In this document: piece after piece, positions 9,855 to 19,152 of the stretch | Numbering within the stretch: position 1 is the first letter of the stretch | Layout: each line of letters begins with the position of its first letter | Assembly (NCBI GenBank): GCA_029569255.1 | Contig: JAKQUO010000028.1 | Coordinates: 163,904-227,903, forward strand | DNA: 64,000 bases | Direction: 5' to 3' | From: Acidobacteriota bacterium | GTDB taxonomy: Bacteria > Acidobacteriota > Aminicenantia > Aminicenantales > Saccharicenantaceae | Made by a program: the position numbers and the translations under genes | Notes under the pieces: model-generated | The model's database searches: none | What the model was told of the DNA's origin: nothing | Seen by the model: only the letters and a program-made list of their open reading frames with translations

Positions 9855-10642
9855 TAGTCGCCGGACACGTATTCCTTGGCCCGGAAGACGGCGCAGGCCA
9901 GGGCCAGGAACACGGCCGTGATGGCCAGCAGGGCCAGGACGGCGAGGGCCGGCGAGGTCGGCTCGAGGCGGAACAGGAGCAGGGCGACACCCCTCCCCCC
10001 GCCGCTTCCCGGGCGGTAGGGCAAGAGCGATTTCAGGTAATGGACGACGGAGAACCTCTGCGTCGAGCCGGGGAAGTACTGGATGGCCGTCTCCCAGCCG
10101 AAACCGAAGGCCAGGCCCGGGATGATGGCCCGCTTGAGGGCCGTGCCGAGAAAGGCGAAGAAGGCCGTGTAGGCCAGGACCCCCAGCCCGAGGACGCCGA
10201 GGTAGCGGAAGAACGCCGCGTAGAGGGCCGCGTCACCCATGCGGCCCGCGTTGAGGACGAAGTAGGACGCCCCGAGCCCGACGGCGACCATGGCGGACAT
10301 GAGGGCCGCGTAGGCGGAGAACTTGCCCAGGACGATGGCCGTTTTCGGTATCGGCCGCGTCAGGAGATAGGACAGGGTCCGGTTCTCGACCTCCTCGGCC
10401 GTGATCGAGGTGCCGTGGAACAGCGCCAGGATGACGATGTAGAACTGCAGGAAGAAGACCATCAGGATCTCCGTGGAGACGGCGGCCAGGTCGCCCGTCC
10501 GGCCGTGCAGGATGGCCCGGGCGGCCACGGCCATGGCCACGGGTACGAGGCCGAGCAGGGCGAACGTCCGGGTCCGGCCCGTCCGCCGCCCCAAAGTGAA
10601 GAAGAAGCCGAAGGTCTCGCGAACGGCGGACCCGAGCCTCAT
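9854..10642 (-). CDS. ABC-2 family transporter permease
   Basis: Six hydrophobic segments, ABC-2 type; last gene of the 4-gene operon. Confidence 0.8.
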   Translation of the reverse strand: MRLGSAVRETFGFFFTLGRRTGRTRTFALLGLVPVAMAVAARAILHGRTGDLAAVSTEILMVFFLQFYIVILALFHGTSITAEEVENRTLSYLLTRPIPKTAIVLGKFSAYAALMSAMVAVGLGASYFVLNAGRMGDAALYAAFFRYLGVLGLGVLAYTAFFAFLGTALKRAIIPGLAFGFGWETAIQYFPGSTQRFSVVHYLKSLLPYRPGSGGGRGVALLLFRLEPTSPALAVLALLAITAVFLALACAVFRAKEYVSGD

Positions 10643-10643
10643 G

Positions 10644-11570
10644 TCACGCCCCCACCAGGTACTTGAAGACGGCCTCGAGGTTGTCGTCCGGCGACGAGAT
10701 CTCCTCGACCTCGATCCCGGCCTCGAGGACGGCGGGGGCCAGCCGCTCGAAGAGGTCGTCCCGCTTGCGGGTCTCGACGACGAGGGTCCGGCCGTCGCCG
10801 CCGAAGGTCATCTTGAGGACCGCCGGGTCGTCGACGAAGCGGGCCGCCAGCCGCCGCGGGTCGCTCGAGCGGACCGAGACCTGGTGCGGATGGGCCTCGA
10901 TGAGCTCGCGGATGTACGGGACGTCGCCCTCGGCCAGGATCCGGCCCTGATGGACGAGGACGACCCGCGAGGTCAGGGCCTCGATCTCGGGCAGGACATG
11001 GCTCGAGACGAGGACGGTCCGCCCCTCTTCCCTGTACCCCTTGATGAGCTTGATGAGCTTGCGCTTGCCGAGCGAGTCGAGGCCGCTCAGGGGCTCGTCG
11101 AGAATGAGGATCTCGGGGTCGTGGGCGATGGCCTGGGCGAACTTGACCCTCTGGCGCATGCCCCGGCTGTAGCCGCGGACGAGCCGGTCCCGGTCGCCCG
11201 TGAGGCCGACGATGTCGAGGGCCCGGGCGGCCCGGTCCCCGATCTCCTTCCTGGAAAAGCCGTAGAAGCGGAGCAGGCCGGCGACGAACTCGAGGCCGGT
11301 CATGTCCTCGTAAAAGGCGTCCGGCTCGGAGCAGAAGCCGACCGAGCGGAAGATCTCCGGGGCGTTCCAGGTCCGGCGGCCGCGGATGGCGACCGTGCCG
11401 ATGTCGGGCTTCATCTGGCCCGTGGCCAGCTTCATGAACGTCGACTTGCCGGCCCCGTTCGGGCCGAGCAGCCCGGTGATGCCGGCCTCGATCTCGATGC
11501 TGACGTCGTTCAGCCCAAGGACGTTGCCGTAATACTTGGACAGGTGCGAGGCGGAGATGACGGCCGTCAC
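10644..11570 (-). CDS. ABC transporter ATP-binding protein
   Basis: Walker A GPNGAGKST, signature LSGL, Walker B ILILDEP. Confidence 0.9.
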   Translation of the reverse strand: MTAVISASHLSKYYGNVLGLNDVSIEIEAGITGLLGPNGAGKSTFMKLATGQMKPDIGTVAIRGRRTWNAPEIFRSVGFCSEPDAFYEDMTGLEFVAGLLRFYGFSRKEIGDRAARALDIVGLTGDRDRLVRGYSRGMRQRVKFAQAIAHDPEILILDEPLSGLDSLGKRKLIKLIKGYREEGRTVLVSSHVLPEIEALTSRVVLVHQGRILAEGDVPYIRELIEAHPHQVSVRSSDPRRLAARFVDDPAVLKMTFGGDGRTLVVETRKRDDLFERLAPAVLEAGIEVEEISSPDDNLEAVFKYLVGA

Positions 11571-12439
11571 TTGATCACCTCGACGCCCCGGATCTTTCGG
11601 CCGAGGACCGCGGCGGCCAGGGCGCAGACGCCGGCCAGCGCGGCGAACGACCAGACGGCCGGCACGGCGAGCGGCGGCTTCTGGCCGAACAGGACCGCCC
11701 CGGCCTGCCCGATGTTGGCCGGGATGGAGAACAGGTTCATGGCCGGGGTCCCGAAGACGCTCTTGAGGAGGGCCGCCAGGACGGCGGAGAAATAGTAGGC
11801 CCCGAAGACGAGGACGGCGGCGTAGCGGGCGTTGCGGCTCGAGGCCGAGATGAGGAGGACGTAGGACCCGAAGAAGACCGTCAACAGAGCGGCATAGCCC
11901 AGGACCGAGAGCGGCAGCCAGGGGTAGGCGCGGAGGAAAGCGAGGCTGCCGGCGAAGACGAGCTTGAAGGCGACAAGGAGGAGCCCGGGCAGGGCGGCGG
12001 CCATGAGGACGAAGAAGGCGACGACGGCCATCTTGCCGGCGGCGTAGTCCTTTTTCCCGAGCGGCCGGGCGAAGTAGAGCTGGAGAGAGCCGTGCTTGAT
12101 GTCGTCGGAGACGAGGCCGGCCGTGCCGTAGGCCAGGACGAGGATGAGCAGGAAGAGGAAGGAGCCGTTGGTGAAGACGGCCTTGAAGTAGCGGGGATCG
12201 ATCTCGAGGAGGTTCCGGTTGCTCTGGACGAGCGCCTTGAAGTCCCCCAGCCGTTCGGACACGTACAGGCCGGCGAGGGCGAAGAAGGACGGGAGGAAGG
12301 CCCCGGCGAAGACGAACTTGAAGCCCTTCTTGCGGAAGGCCAGGCGGATCCCGGTCCGGGCGATCGGCGCCCAGCGGCAGCGGCGCTCGGCGAGCCGGCC
12401 GTCCCAGTGGGCGTAGCCTTTCTCGCGGATGACGGCCAT
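11567..12439 (-). CDS. ABC-2 type transporter permease
   Basis: Polytopic membrane protein; 4-nt overlaps on both sides. Confidence 0.75.
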   Translation of the reverse strand: MAVIREKGYAHWDGRLAERRCRWAPIARTGIRLAFRKKGFKFVFAGAFLPSFFALAGLYVSERLGDFKALVQSNRNLLEIDPRYFKAVFTNGSFLFLLILVLAYGTAGLVSDDIKHGSLQLYFARPLGKKDYAAGKMAVVAFFVLMAAALPGLLLVAFKLVFAGSLAFLRAYPWLPLSVLGYAALLTVFFGSYVLLISASSRNARYAAVLVFGAYYFSAVLAALLKSVFGTPAMNLFSIPANIGQAGAVLFGQKPPLAVPAVWSFAALAGVCALAAAVLGRKIRGVEVIK

Positions 12440-13350
12440 CAGTCCGCCCCCACCACGCCGGCGAAGAGGTCCTCGAGGGAGGTCCGGCTCTTGACGAAGG
12501 CGCGGAGCTGGACGCCCGTCTGGACCGCGGCCCGGAAGAGATCCATCCGGTCGGAGCCCTCGGGCATGTAGACCTTGATGAGGCGGTCCTCGGTCACGTC
12601 GACCCGGCAGCCGCGGGACTCGAGCGCGCGGCGAAAGGCGGCGCCGTCGCCCTTGACCCGGACCTCGTAGAGGCTGTAGCGGATGGCCCGGAGGTCCTCC
12701 ATCCGGCCCTCGGCGGCCACCTTCCCCTTGTCGAGGATGACGACCGAGGCGCAGATCGATTCGATGTCGTCGAGGATGTGGGAGGACAGGATGACCTGGA
12801 TCGACTTGTGCGACGCGATGTCCCGGATGAGATCGAGGACCTCGGCCCGGCCGGTCGGGTCGAGGCTCGAGGTCGGCTCGTCGAGGAACAGGATCCGGGG
12901 GTCGTGGACCAGGGCCTGGGCCAGCTTGAGGCGCTGCTTCATCCCGGCCGAATAGGTGTCGAGGAGGCGGTAGCGGGACTCGCCCAGGCCGACGTAGAAG
13001 AGGACCTCGTGGGCCCGCTTCATGGCCTCCCGGCGGGGCATGCCGGAGAGCTCGCCGAAATAGGCCGTGAAGGTGACCGCGTCCATGCCGGCGATGAAGC
13101 AGTCGCTCTCGGGCATGTAGCCGACCGAGCGGCGGATCATGGCCTGCTCCCGGCGGATGTCGTAGCCGAGGACCCGGCCCTCGCCGCGCCCGGGGGCGAG
13201 GAAGCCGAGCAGGATGCGGAGGAGCGTGCTCTTGCCGGCCCCGTTCGGGCCGAGCAGGCCCACGGCTCCCTGGCCGAGGCTCATGGTCACGCCGTCGAGG
13301 GCGACGACCCCGCCGTAGCGGAAATGGAGGTCCTTGACTTCGATGCTCAT
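12439..13350 (-). CDS. ABC transporter ATP-binding protein
   Basis: Walker A GPNGAGKSTLL, ABC signature, Walker B LFLDEPTSSLD. Confidence 0.9.
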   Translation of the reverse strand: MSIEVKDLHFRYGGVVALDGVTMSLGQGAVGLLGPNGAGKSTLLRILLGFLAPGRGEGRVLGYDIRREQAMIRRSVGYMPESDCFIAGMDAVTFTAYFGELSGMPRREAMKRAHEVLFYVGLGESRYRLLDTYSAGMKQRLKLAQALVHDPRILFLDEPTSSLDPTGRAEVLDLIRDIASHKSIQVILSSHILDDIESICASVVILDKGKVAAEGRMEDLRAIRYSLYEVRVKGDGAAFRRALESRGCRVDVTEDRLIKVYMPEGSDRMDLFRAAVQTGVQLRAFVKSRTSLEDLFAGVVGAD

Positions 13351-13360
13351 CGGAGGCGCT

Positions 13361-13390
13361 ATCGTATTCTCAAGGACGGACGGAGCGCAA
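13361..13390 (-). promoter_or_regulatory. Putative promoter of the ABC-2 operon: TTGCGC-N18-TACGAT ending about 10 nt before the ATG (leaderless-type)
   Basis: Reverse complement of 13385-13390 and 13361-13366. Confidence 0.35.
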
Positions 13391-13540
13391 GCGAAATAAG
13401 TTCCCGTCCATGTCTCCTCTTATCGGGTTCTCCCGGCCGCGGAGGGGCCTCGGGGATCCACCCGGAATACCCCACAACCCCTTCTTCCGCAGCCTTCCGG
13501 CTCGGGTAGGGATCGAGCGGGGCTTGACGGACGTCAAGGG

Positions 13541-14458
13541 CTAGAGAGGCAGGCGGAGCATCGCTTCGGGGTCGACGCGGGCGTCGAGGATGCGGAAGGA
13601 CCAGTGGAGGTGGGGGCCGGTCGAACGGCCGGTCGAGCCGCACAGGCCGACGGTCTGGCCCTTCGTCACCGCCTCGCCCCGCTTGACCAGGAGCTCGGAC
13701 ATGTGGCCGTAGGAGCTGAAGACGCCCAGGCCGTGGTCGACGATGACCGTCTTGCCGCCCATGTAGAGGTCGCTGGCCACGGCCACCCGGCCGGCGTTGG
13801 AGGCCCGGATGGGCTGGCCGAACGGCACCCGGAGGTCGAGGCCGGTGTGGAGGGACTGGAGGACGTTGTTGTTGAGCCGGCGCTGCCCGAAGTTGTTCCA
13901 GGAAGGCGCGTCGTGAGGCGGAACGAACGGGCCGTCGCCGAGCCACTCCGGCGTGACGACGCTCAGGGCCAGGGCGACGAGCTCCGCCTCGCGCTTGATC
14001 CGGGCCTGGACGGAGGCCGGCGGCGTGACGTATTCCGGCTTGAGCGTCAGCTTGGTCGAGGGGAAATCCCGCTTGACGACGAGGAGGTCCTCGCGGAGTT
14101 CCTCGGCGGAGCCGTCCGGTCCGACGATCTTGACGGTCAGGGCGCAAGGGCCCGGTTCGGCCTGGACGTCGATCCCGACGAAGGCCATGAGGCTGCCCGT
14201 CCGCGCGGCCGGCCTCAGCTCCGCCTTGGACCCGAGGAGCGTTACGGCGGCCGAGCGCACGGGGCCGGCGGGCTCGAGAACGACGAGGACGGGCTCGCCC
14301 GGCCGGAGGGCCCGGTACGAGAGCCGCACGACGGGCCCCTCTGCGGGCGCCGGCGCCTGAGCGGCCCGGCCGCCGTGAAGGCCGGACATGAGTCCGATGG
14401 CGGCCAGGAGGACGGACGCCGGGACGGCCGCCGACCGCGCCGGCCGGACGGCCCTCAC
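13541..14458 (-). CDS. M23 family metallopeptidase (LytM-like), GTG start overlapping the upstream stop (GTGA)
   Basis: C-terminal HTGLD...HLHW M23 motifs; the 747-aa ORF in the track is a frame read-through, the real start is the GTG at 14458 ahead of a signal-peptide-like stretch. Confidence 0.8.
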   Translation of the reverse strand: MRAVRPARSAAVPASVLLAAIGLMSGLHGGRAAQAPAPAEGPVVRLSYRALRPGEPVLVVLEPAGPVRSAAVTLLGSKAELRPAARTGSLMAFVGIDVQAEPGPCALTVKIVGPDGSAEELREDLLVVKRDFPSTKLTLKPEYVTPPASVQARIKREAELVALALSVVTPEWLGDGPFVPPHDAPSWNNFGQRRLNNNVLQSLHTGLDLRVPFGQPIRASNAGRVAVASDLYMGGKTVIVDHGLGVFSSYGHMSELLVKRGEAVTKGQTVGLCGSTGRSTGPHLHWSFRILDARVDPEAMLRLPL

Positions 14459-16149
14459 GCCACCGCCCCCCGCGCGTTCTTCCTCAGGACCCGCCCGGGC
14501 AAACGGCCGGTGTGCTCTCCCCCCTCGACGACGATCTGCCCGTTGACGATGACCGTCCGCACGCCTTCCGGGAAGACGGCCGGCTCGCGGAACGTGGCCC
14601 TGTCGACGATCCGGTCCGGATCGAAGACGCAGATGTCGGCCGCCCAGCCGACCTTGATCCGCCCCCGCCGGACCAGGCCCAGGTGGTCGGCCGGCATGGC
14701 CGTCATCTTCCGGACCATCTCCTCGAGGGGCGCGATCTTCTCCTCGCGGACGTACTTGCCGAGGGCCCTGGGGAAGGCGCCGTAGGTCCTCGGGTGGGGC
14801 CGGCCCTTGGCCAGCGGCCCCGCGGGCGCGACCGCGACCGCGTCCGACCCGACGCCGACGAGGGGGCAGGACAGGATGCGCTTCAGGTTGTCCTCGCTCC
14901 CGTAGAAGCTGACCATGCCGACCCGGTCGCCCTCCTCGATGAGGAGGTCGCGCATGAACTCGTAGGGAGGCCGGCCCCCCGCGGCCGTGAGGATGTCCCG
15001 GCCTTCGAGGTCCCGGTTCTTGTCCGTGGCCACGTCCGAGATCAGGACCTTGTCCCACGACCCGTAGCCCTTTTCCTGTTCGGCGATGTGGGCCCGGAGC
15101 CGGGCGTCCAGGGCCGGGTCCCTGAGCCGGGCCAGGAAGCCTTCCGTGCCGCCCTCGCGGGACCAGACGGGGAAAAGCGTGCTCAGGCCCGTCGCGGAGG
15201 CGATGTAGGGATAGCGGTCGGCCCGGAAGTCGATCCCCTCGGCCCGGGCCTTCCCGAGCATGTCCATGACGGTGTCGAGCTTCGGCCAGTTCGCGGCGAA
15301 GCCGACCTTGAGATGGGAGACCTGGAGCCGGATGGGGGTTTCCCGGGCGATGCGGAGGGCTTCGGCCGCGGCCTCGACGACGGCGTCCTCTTCGTCGCGC
15401 ATGTGCGTGGCGTAAACGCCCCCGGTCCGGGCCGCGACCCGGCAGAGCGCGATGAGCTCCTCGGTCGAAGCGAAGCTCCCCGGGGTGTATTCGAGGCCCG
15501 ACGACAGGCCCAGGGCCCCGCCGGCCATCGCCTCGGCCACCAAGCGCTTCATCTCTTCGAGCTCGGCGGCGGAAGGGGCCCGGTCCCCCCGGCCCATGAC
15601 GGCGGCGCGGACCGCCCCCTGGCCGACGAACGTCGAGTAGTTGAGGGCGGCGCCGGACCGCTCCAGCCGGCCGAGGAAGCCGCCGATGTCCCGCCAGTCG
15701 AGCTCCAGGCTGTAGTCCCTGGAGAGGTCCGCTCTCATCTCCTCGTAGGCCCCGTCGTCGAGCGGGAAGGGCGATTCGCCGCACTGGCCGCTGACGAGCG
15801 TCGCCACGCCCTGGCGGACGGCGCTTTCGGCCTTGGGATCGACGAGGAGGTGGACATCGGTGTGGTTGTGGATGTCGATGAAGCCGGGCGAGACGGCCAG
15901 CCCCCCGGCCTCGACGACCGCCGCCGCCCGCGACCGCCGAATCCGGCCGACCTCGCGGACGGCCCCGCCGGAGATGCCGACGTCGGCCCGGACGGGCGGC
16001 CCGCCGGAGCCGTCGTAAACGGTCCCCCCGGCCACGAGGAGGTCGAGGTCCCGTCCCTTGGAGCAGCCGCGGAGGGCGAGTCCGGAGCCGGCCGCGGAGA
16101 GCGCGGCCGCCGTCCGCACGGAGTCCTTGAGGAACGCGCGTCGGTCCAT
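14455..16149 (-). CDS. D-aminoacylase (N-acyl-D-amino-acid deacylase), amidohydrolase superfamily, Tat signal
   Basis: Start MDRRAFLKDSVRTAAALSAAG (twin-arginine motif) at 16149; HNHTDVH metal site; family-typical length. Confidence 0.85.
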   Translation of the reverse strand: MDRRAFLKDSVRTAAALSAAGSGLALRGCSKGRDLDLLVAGGTVYDGSGGPPVRADVGISGGAVREVGRIRRSRAAAVVEAGGLAVSPGFIDIHNHTDVHLLVDPKAESAVRQGVATLVSGQCGESPFPLDDGAYEEMRADLSRDYSLELDWRDIGGFLGRLERSGAALNYSTFVGQGAVRAAVMGRGDRAPSAAELEEMKRLVAEAMAGGALGLSSGLEYTPGSFASTEELIALCRVAARTGGVYATHMRDEEDAVVEAAAEALRIARETPIRLQVSHLKVGFAANWPKLDTVMDMLGKARAEGIDFRADRYPYIASATGLSTLFPVWSREGGTEGFLARLRDPALDARLRAHIAEQEKGYGSWDKVLISDVATDKNRDLEGRDILTAAGGRPPYEFMRDLLIEEGDRVGMVSFYGSEDNLKRILSCPLVGVGSDAVAVAPAGPLAKGRPHPRTYGAFPRALGKYVREEKIAPLEEMVRKMTAMPADHLGLVRRGRIKVGWAADICVFDPDRIVDRATFREPAVFPEGVRTVIVNGQIVVEGGEHTGRLPGRVLRKNARGAVA

Positions 16150-16243
16150 GGTGGCCTCCTCGCGGGCATCATAGACGAAACTCCGCCCCGAGTAAACCGG
16201 CCGGCCCCCGGCGGACGCCTCCCGCCCTCGCCCCCGGCCCCAG

Positions 16244-16272
16244 TTGCGCGGGACGCGCCTTTCTGGTAGAGT
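16244..16272 (+). promoter_or_regulatory. Putative promoter TTGCGC-N17-TAGAGT upstream of the 54-aa ORF
   Basis: Seen in sequence; GC palindrome cccggccggccgccggccggg (16283-16303) in the leader. Confidence 0.35.
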
Positions 16273-16328
16273 GAGTCCTCTTCCCGGCCGGCCGCCGGCC
16301 GGGATCGACACCACCGAAGGAACGGAAG

Positions 16329-16493
16329 ATGGCCGACGAGAAGAAGGAATCGACTCCCAAGCGCAGGAAGATGAACACCCTGACCCTGGCCGAGGTCGAG
16401 GCCGAGCTGGCCGAGTGCAAGGAGAAGCAGGGCGGGCTCATCTCCAGATACGCCCGTCAGCTCCAGGCCCGCAAGAAGGCCCTCGGCGGCTGA
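16329..16493 (+). CDS. Small Lys/Glu-rich hypothetical protein (54 aa)
   Basis: ATG with SD AAGGAACGGAAG; not in the supplied ORF track (under 60 aa); high GC3. Confidence 0.4.
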   Translation: MADEKKESTPKRRKMNTLTLAEVEAELAECKEKQGGLISRYARQLQARKKALGG

Positions 16494-16541
16494 CCGGGCC
16501 GCCCCTCTCCCCGCCCCCCCCCCGCAACTCGAAGAAAAATC

Positions 16542-16570
16542 TTGTCTTTCCGCCCGGTTTCTGTTAGAAT
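16542..16570 (+). promoter_or_regulatory. Putative rpsO promoter TTGTCT-N17-TAGAAT
   Basis: About 33-nt leader with SD AGGAGA before GTG 16604. Confidence 0.5.
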
Positions 16571-16603
16571 GACGCGGAAAAAACATCAGGAGACAGAACT
16601 CAA

Positions 16604-16870
16604 GTGATCAGCAAGGAGCAAAAGACGAAGATCGTCAGGGACAATCAGGCCCATCCCGCCGACTCGGGATCGCCCGAGGTCCAGGTCGCCCTGCTGACGG
16701 AGCGGATCAACCTGCTCGTCAAGCACTTCGGCGACCACAAGAAAGACTACCATTCCCGGGCCGGCCTCATGACGCTGGTCGGCCGGAGGAAGCGGCTCCT
16801 CGAGTACATCAAGAAGAACGATGTCGGCCGCTACGAACAACTCATCCGAAAGCTCGGCCTGCGCAAGTAG
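16604..16870 (+). CDS. rpsO: 30S ribosomal protein S15 (GTG start)
   Basis: Translation is unmistakably S15 ([22 protein letters not shown]..). Confidence 0.95.
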   Translation: MISKEQKTKIVRDNQAHPADSGSPEVQVALLTERINLLVKHFGDHKKDYHSRAGLMTLVGRRKRLLEYIKKNDVGRYEQLIRKLGLRK

Positions 16871-16893
16871 GCCCCGCCTCCGAAGGACCCCCC

Positions 16894-19086
16894 ATGTCTC
16901 ACACTATCCGTCTCGAAATCAACAACCGCACCCTGTCCGTCGAGGTCGGGAGGATCGCCAAGCAGGCCCGCGGCTCGGCCCTGCTCCGCTACGGCGACAC
17001 CATGATGCTCGTCACGGCCACCTCGCGCAAGGAACTCAAGGAGGGCAAGGACTTCCTGCCCCTCATCGTCGACTACCGCGAGAACACCTACGCCGCGGGC
17101 AAGATCCCCGGCGGCTTCTTCAAGCGCGAGGGCCGGCCCTCCGAGCGCGAGATCCTCATGGCCCGGCTGATCGACCGGCCCATCCGCCCGCTCTTCCCCG
17201 AGGGCTATTTCTATGACACCCAGATCGTCGGCCTGCTCCTCTCGGCCGACCTGGAGAGCGAGCCCGACACGCTCGGCGTCATCGGCGCTTCGGTCGCGCT
17301 CTATTTCTCCGACATCCCGTTCACGACCCCTCTCGGGGCCGTCAAGATCGGCCTCGTCGACGACCGCCTGGTCGTCAACCCGACCGACCGCGAGCTCGAC
17401 CGCAGCCCCCTGAACATGACCGTCGTCAGCAACGAGAGCGGCATCATCATGATCGAGGCCGGGGCCCGGGAGATCGACGAGGAGAAGATCCTCGAAGGCC
17501 TGGCCCTGGCCCATGGGGAGAACCAGAGGATCATCCAGGCCCAGAAGGACCTCTTCGCCGCACTGGGCATCAAGAAGCGCGAGTTCGCGGTCAAGCCCGT
17601 GGACGCCGCGAAGCTGGCCCGGGTCGAGGCCGAGCACGGCCCCGCCCTCCTCGAAGCCATGCAGGTCAAGGGCAAGAAGGCCAGCGAGGAGGCCTTGTTC
17701 GCCGTCCGCAACGCCGCCCTGGCCCAGGTCCCCGAGGACAAGCCCGAGGAGAGGCTCGAGCTCCGGGGGATGTTCTCCCGGCTTGAGGAGAAGATCTTCC
17801 GCCGCCTCGTCCTGGAGAAGAAGCTCCGCTCCGACGGCCGCGGCTTCGACGACATCCGGCCGATCACGGCCGAGGTCGGGCTCCTGACCCGGACCCACGG
17901 CTCGGCCCTGTTCACCCGGGGCGAGACCCAGGCCCTGGCCACGGTCACGCTGGGCACCTTCGAGGACGCCCAGCGGCTCGACAGCCTGGGCGAGGAGTCC
18001 AAGAAGCGGTTCATGCTCCACTACAACTTCCCGCCGTTCTCCGTCGGCGAGGTCGGCTTCCTCCGGGCCCCCGGCCGCCGCGAGATCGGCCACGGCGCCC
18101 TGGCCGAGAAATCCATCCTCCCGGCCATCCCCGACCAGGAGACCTTCCCCTACACGATCCGCATCGTCTCGGACATCCTGGAGAGCAACGGCTCCTCGTC
18201 GATGGCCACCGCCTGCGGCGGCGTGCTGGCCCTCATGGACGCCGGCGTGCCGCTGAAGATGGTCGTCGCCGGCATCGCCATGGGCCTGGTCGCGGAGGGC
18301 GACGATTACGCCGTCCTGACCGACATCGCCGGCCTCGAGGACCATTTCGGCGACATGGACTTCAAGATGGCCGGCACCGAGAAGGGCGTCACGGCCATCC
18401 AGCTCGACCTCAAGATCCCCTGCGTCACCCTGCCCATGCTCCGCGAGATCATGGCCAAGTCCCGGGCCGCCCGGCTCAAGGTCCTGGCCCGGATGAAGGA
18501 GGCCATCGCCGCGCCGCGGCCGTCCATCTCGGTCTACGCCCCGCGCATCCTCATCCTCAACATCAACCCCGAGAAGGTCGGCGAGGTCATCGGCCCGGCC
18601 GGCAAGATCATCAAGAAGATCGTCAGCCAGACCGGGGCCAAGATCGACATCGAAGAGGACGGCAAGATCCTCATCGCCTCGACGGACATGTCCGCGGCCG
18701 AGGCGGCCAAGCAGATGATCCTCGACCTCACGGCCGAGGCCGAGCTGGGCAAGGTCTACACGGGCAAGGTCGTCCGGCTCGAGGAGTACGGCGCCTTCGT
18801 CGAGATCATGCCCAACCTCGTCGGGCTCCTCCACATCTCCGAGGTCGCCCCCTACCGGATCAAGACCATCCACGACGTCCTCCATCTCGGCGACACGGTC
18901 ACGGTCAAGGTCGTCAGCATCGACCCGGCCGACAACAAGATCCGCCTGAGCAAGAAGGCTTGCGAGGAGGGCGGCGGCGAGAACCCGGGCCCGGCGTCCG
19001 GCCCGCCGGCCCCGCGGCGACAGCCCCGCGACCACGGGCCCGACCGCCGGGGCGGGCGCGACCGGGGCGGCCGCGGCCGGTTTTGA
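16894..19086 (+). CDS. pnp: Polyribonucleotide nucleotidyltransferase (PNPase)
   Basis: Two RNase PH domains, KH and S1 domains recognisable; classic rpsO-pnp order. Confidence 0.97.
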   Translation: MSHTIRLEINNRTLSVEVGRIAKQARGSALLRYGDTMMLVTATSRKELKEGKDFLPLIVDYRENTYAAGKIPGGFFKREGRPSEREILMARLIDRPIRPLFPEGYFYDTQIVGLLLSADLESEPDTLGVIGASVALYFSDIPFTTPLGAVKIGLVDDRLVVNPTDRELDRSPLNMTVVSNESGIIMIEAGAREIDEEKILEGLALAHGENQRIIQAQKDLFAALGIKKREFAVKPVDAAKLARVEAEHGPALLEAMQVKGKKASEEALFAVRNAALAQVPEDKPEERLELRGMFSRLEEKIFRRLVLEKKLRSDGRGFDDIRPITAEVGLLTRTHGSALFTRGETQALATVTLGTFEDAQRLDSLGEESKKRFMLHYNFPPFSVGEVGFLRAPGRREIGHGALAEKSILPAIPDQETFPYTIRIVSDILESNGSSSMATACGGVLALMDAGVPLKMVVAGIAMGLVAEGDDYAVLTDIAGLEDHFGDMDFKMAGTEKGVTAIQLDLKIPCVTLPMLREIMAKSRAARLKVLARMKEAIAAPRPSISVYAPRILILNINPEKVGEVIGPAGKIIKKIVSQTGAKIDIEEDGKILIASTDMSAAEAAKQMILDLTAEAELGKVYTGKVVRLEEYGAFVEIMPNLVGLLHISEVAPYRIKTIHDVLHLGDTVTVKVVSIDPADNKIRLSKKACEEGGGENPGPASGPPAPRRQPRDHGPDRRGGRDRGGRGRF

Positions 19087-19138
19087 TTTCTCCGGGCCTT
19101 CGCCTATAATCGAGAGAGAGCCGCTTCGGGGAAGCGGC
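19083..19138 (+). promoter_or_regulatory. Pseudopilin-operon promoter TTGATT-N16-TATAAT overlapping the pnp stop, followed by an 8-bp GC stem-loop (gccgcttc-ggg-gaagcggc) at the predicted 5' end of the transcript
   Basis: Seen in sequence. Confidence 0.45.
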
Positions 19139-19152
19139 GGGCGGACGGACAC

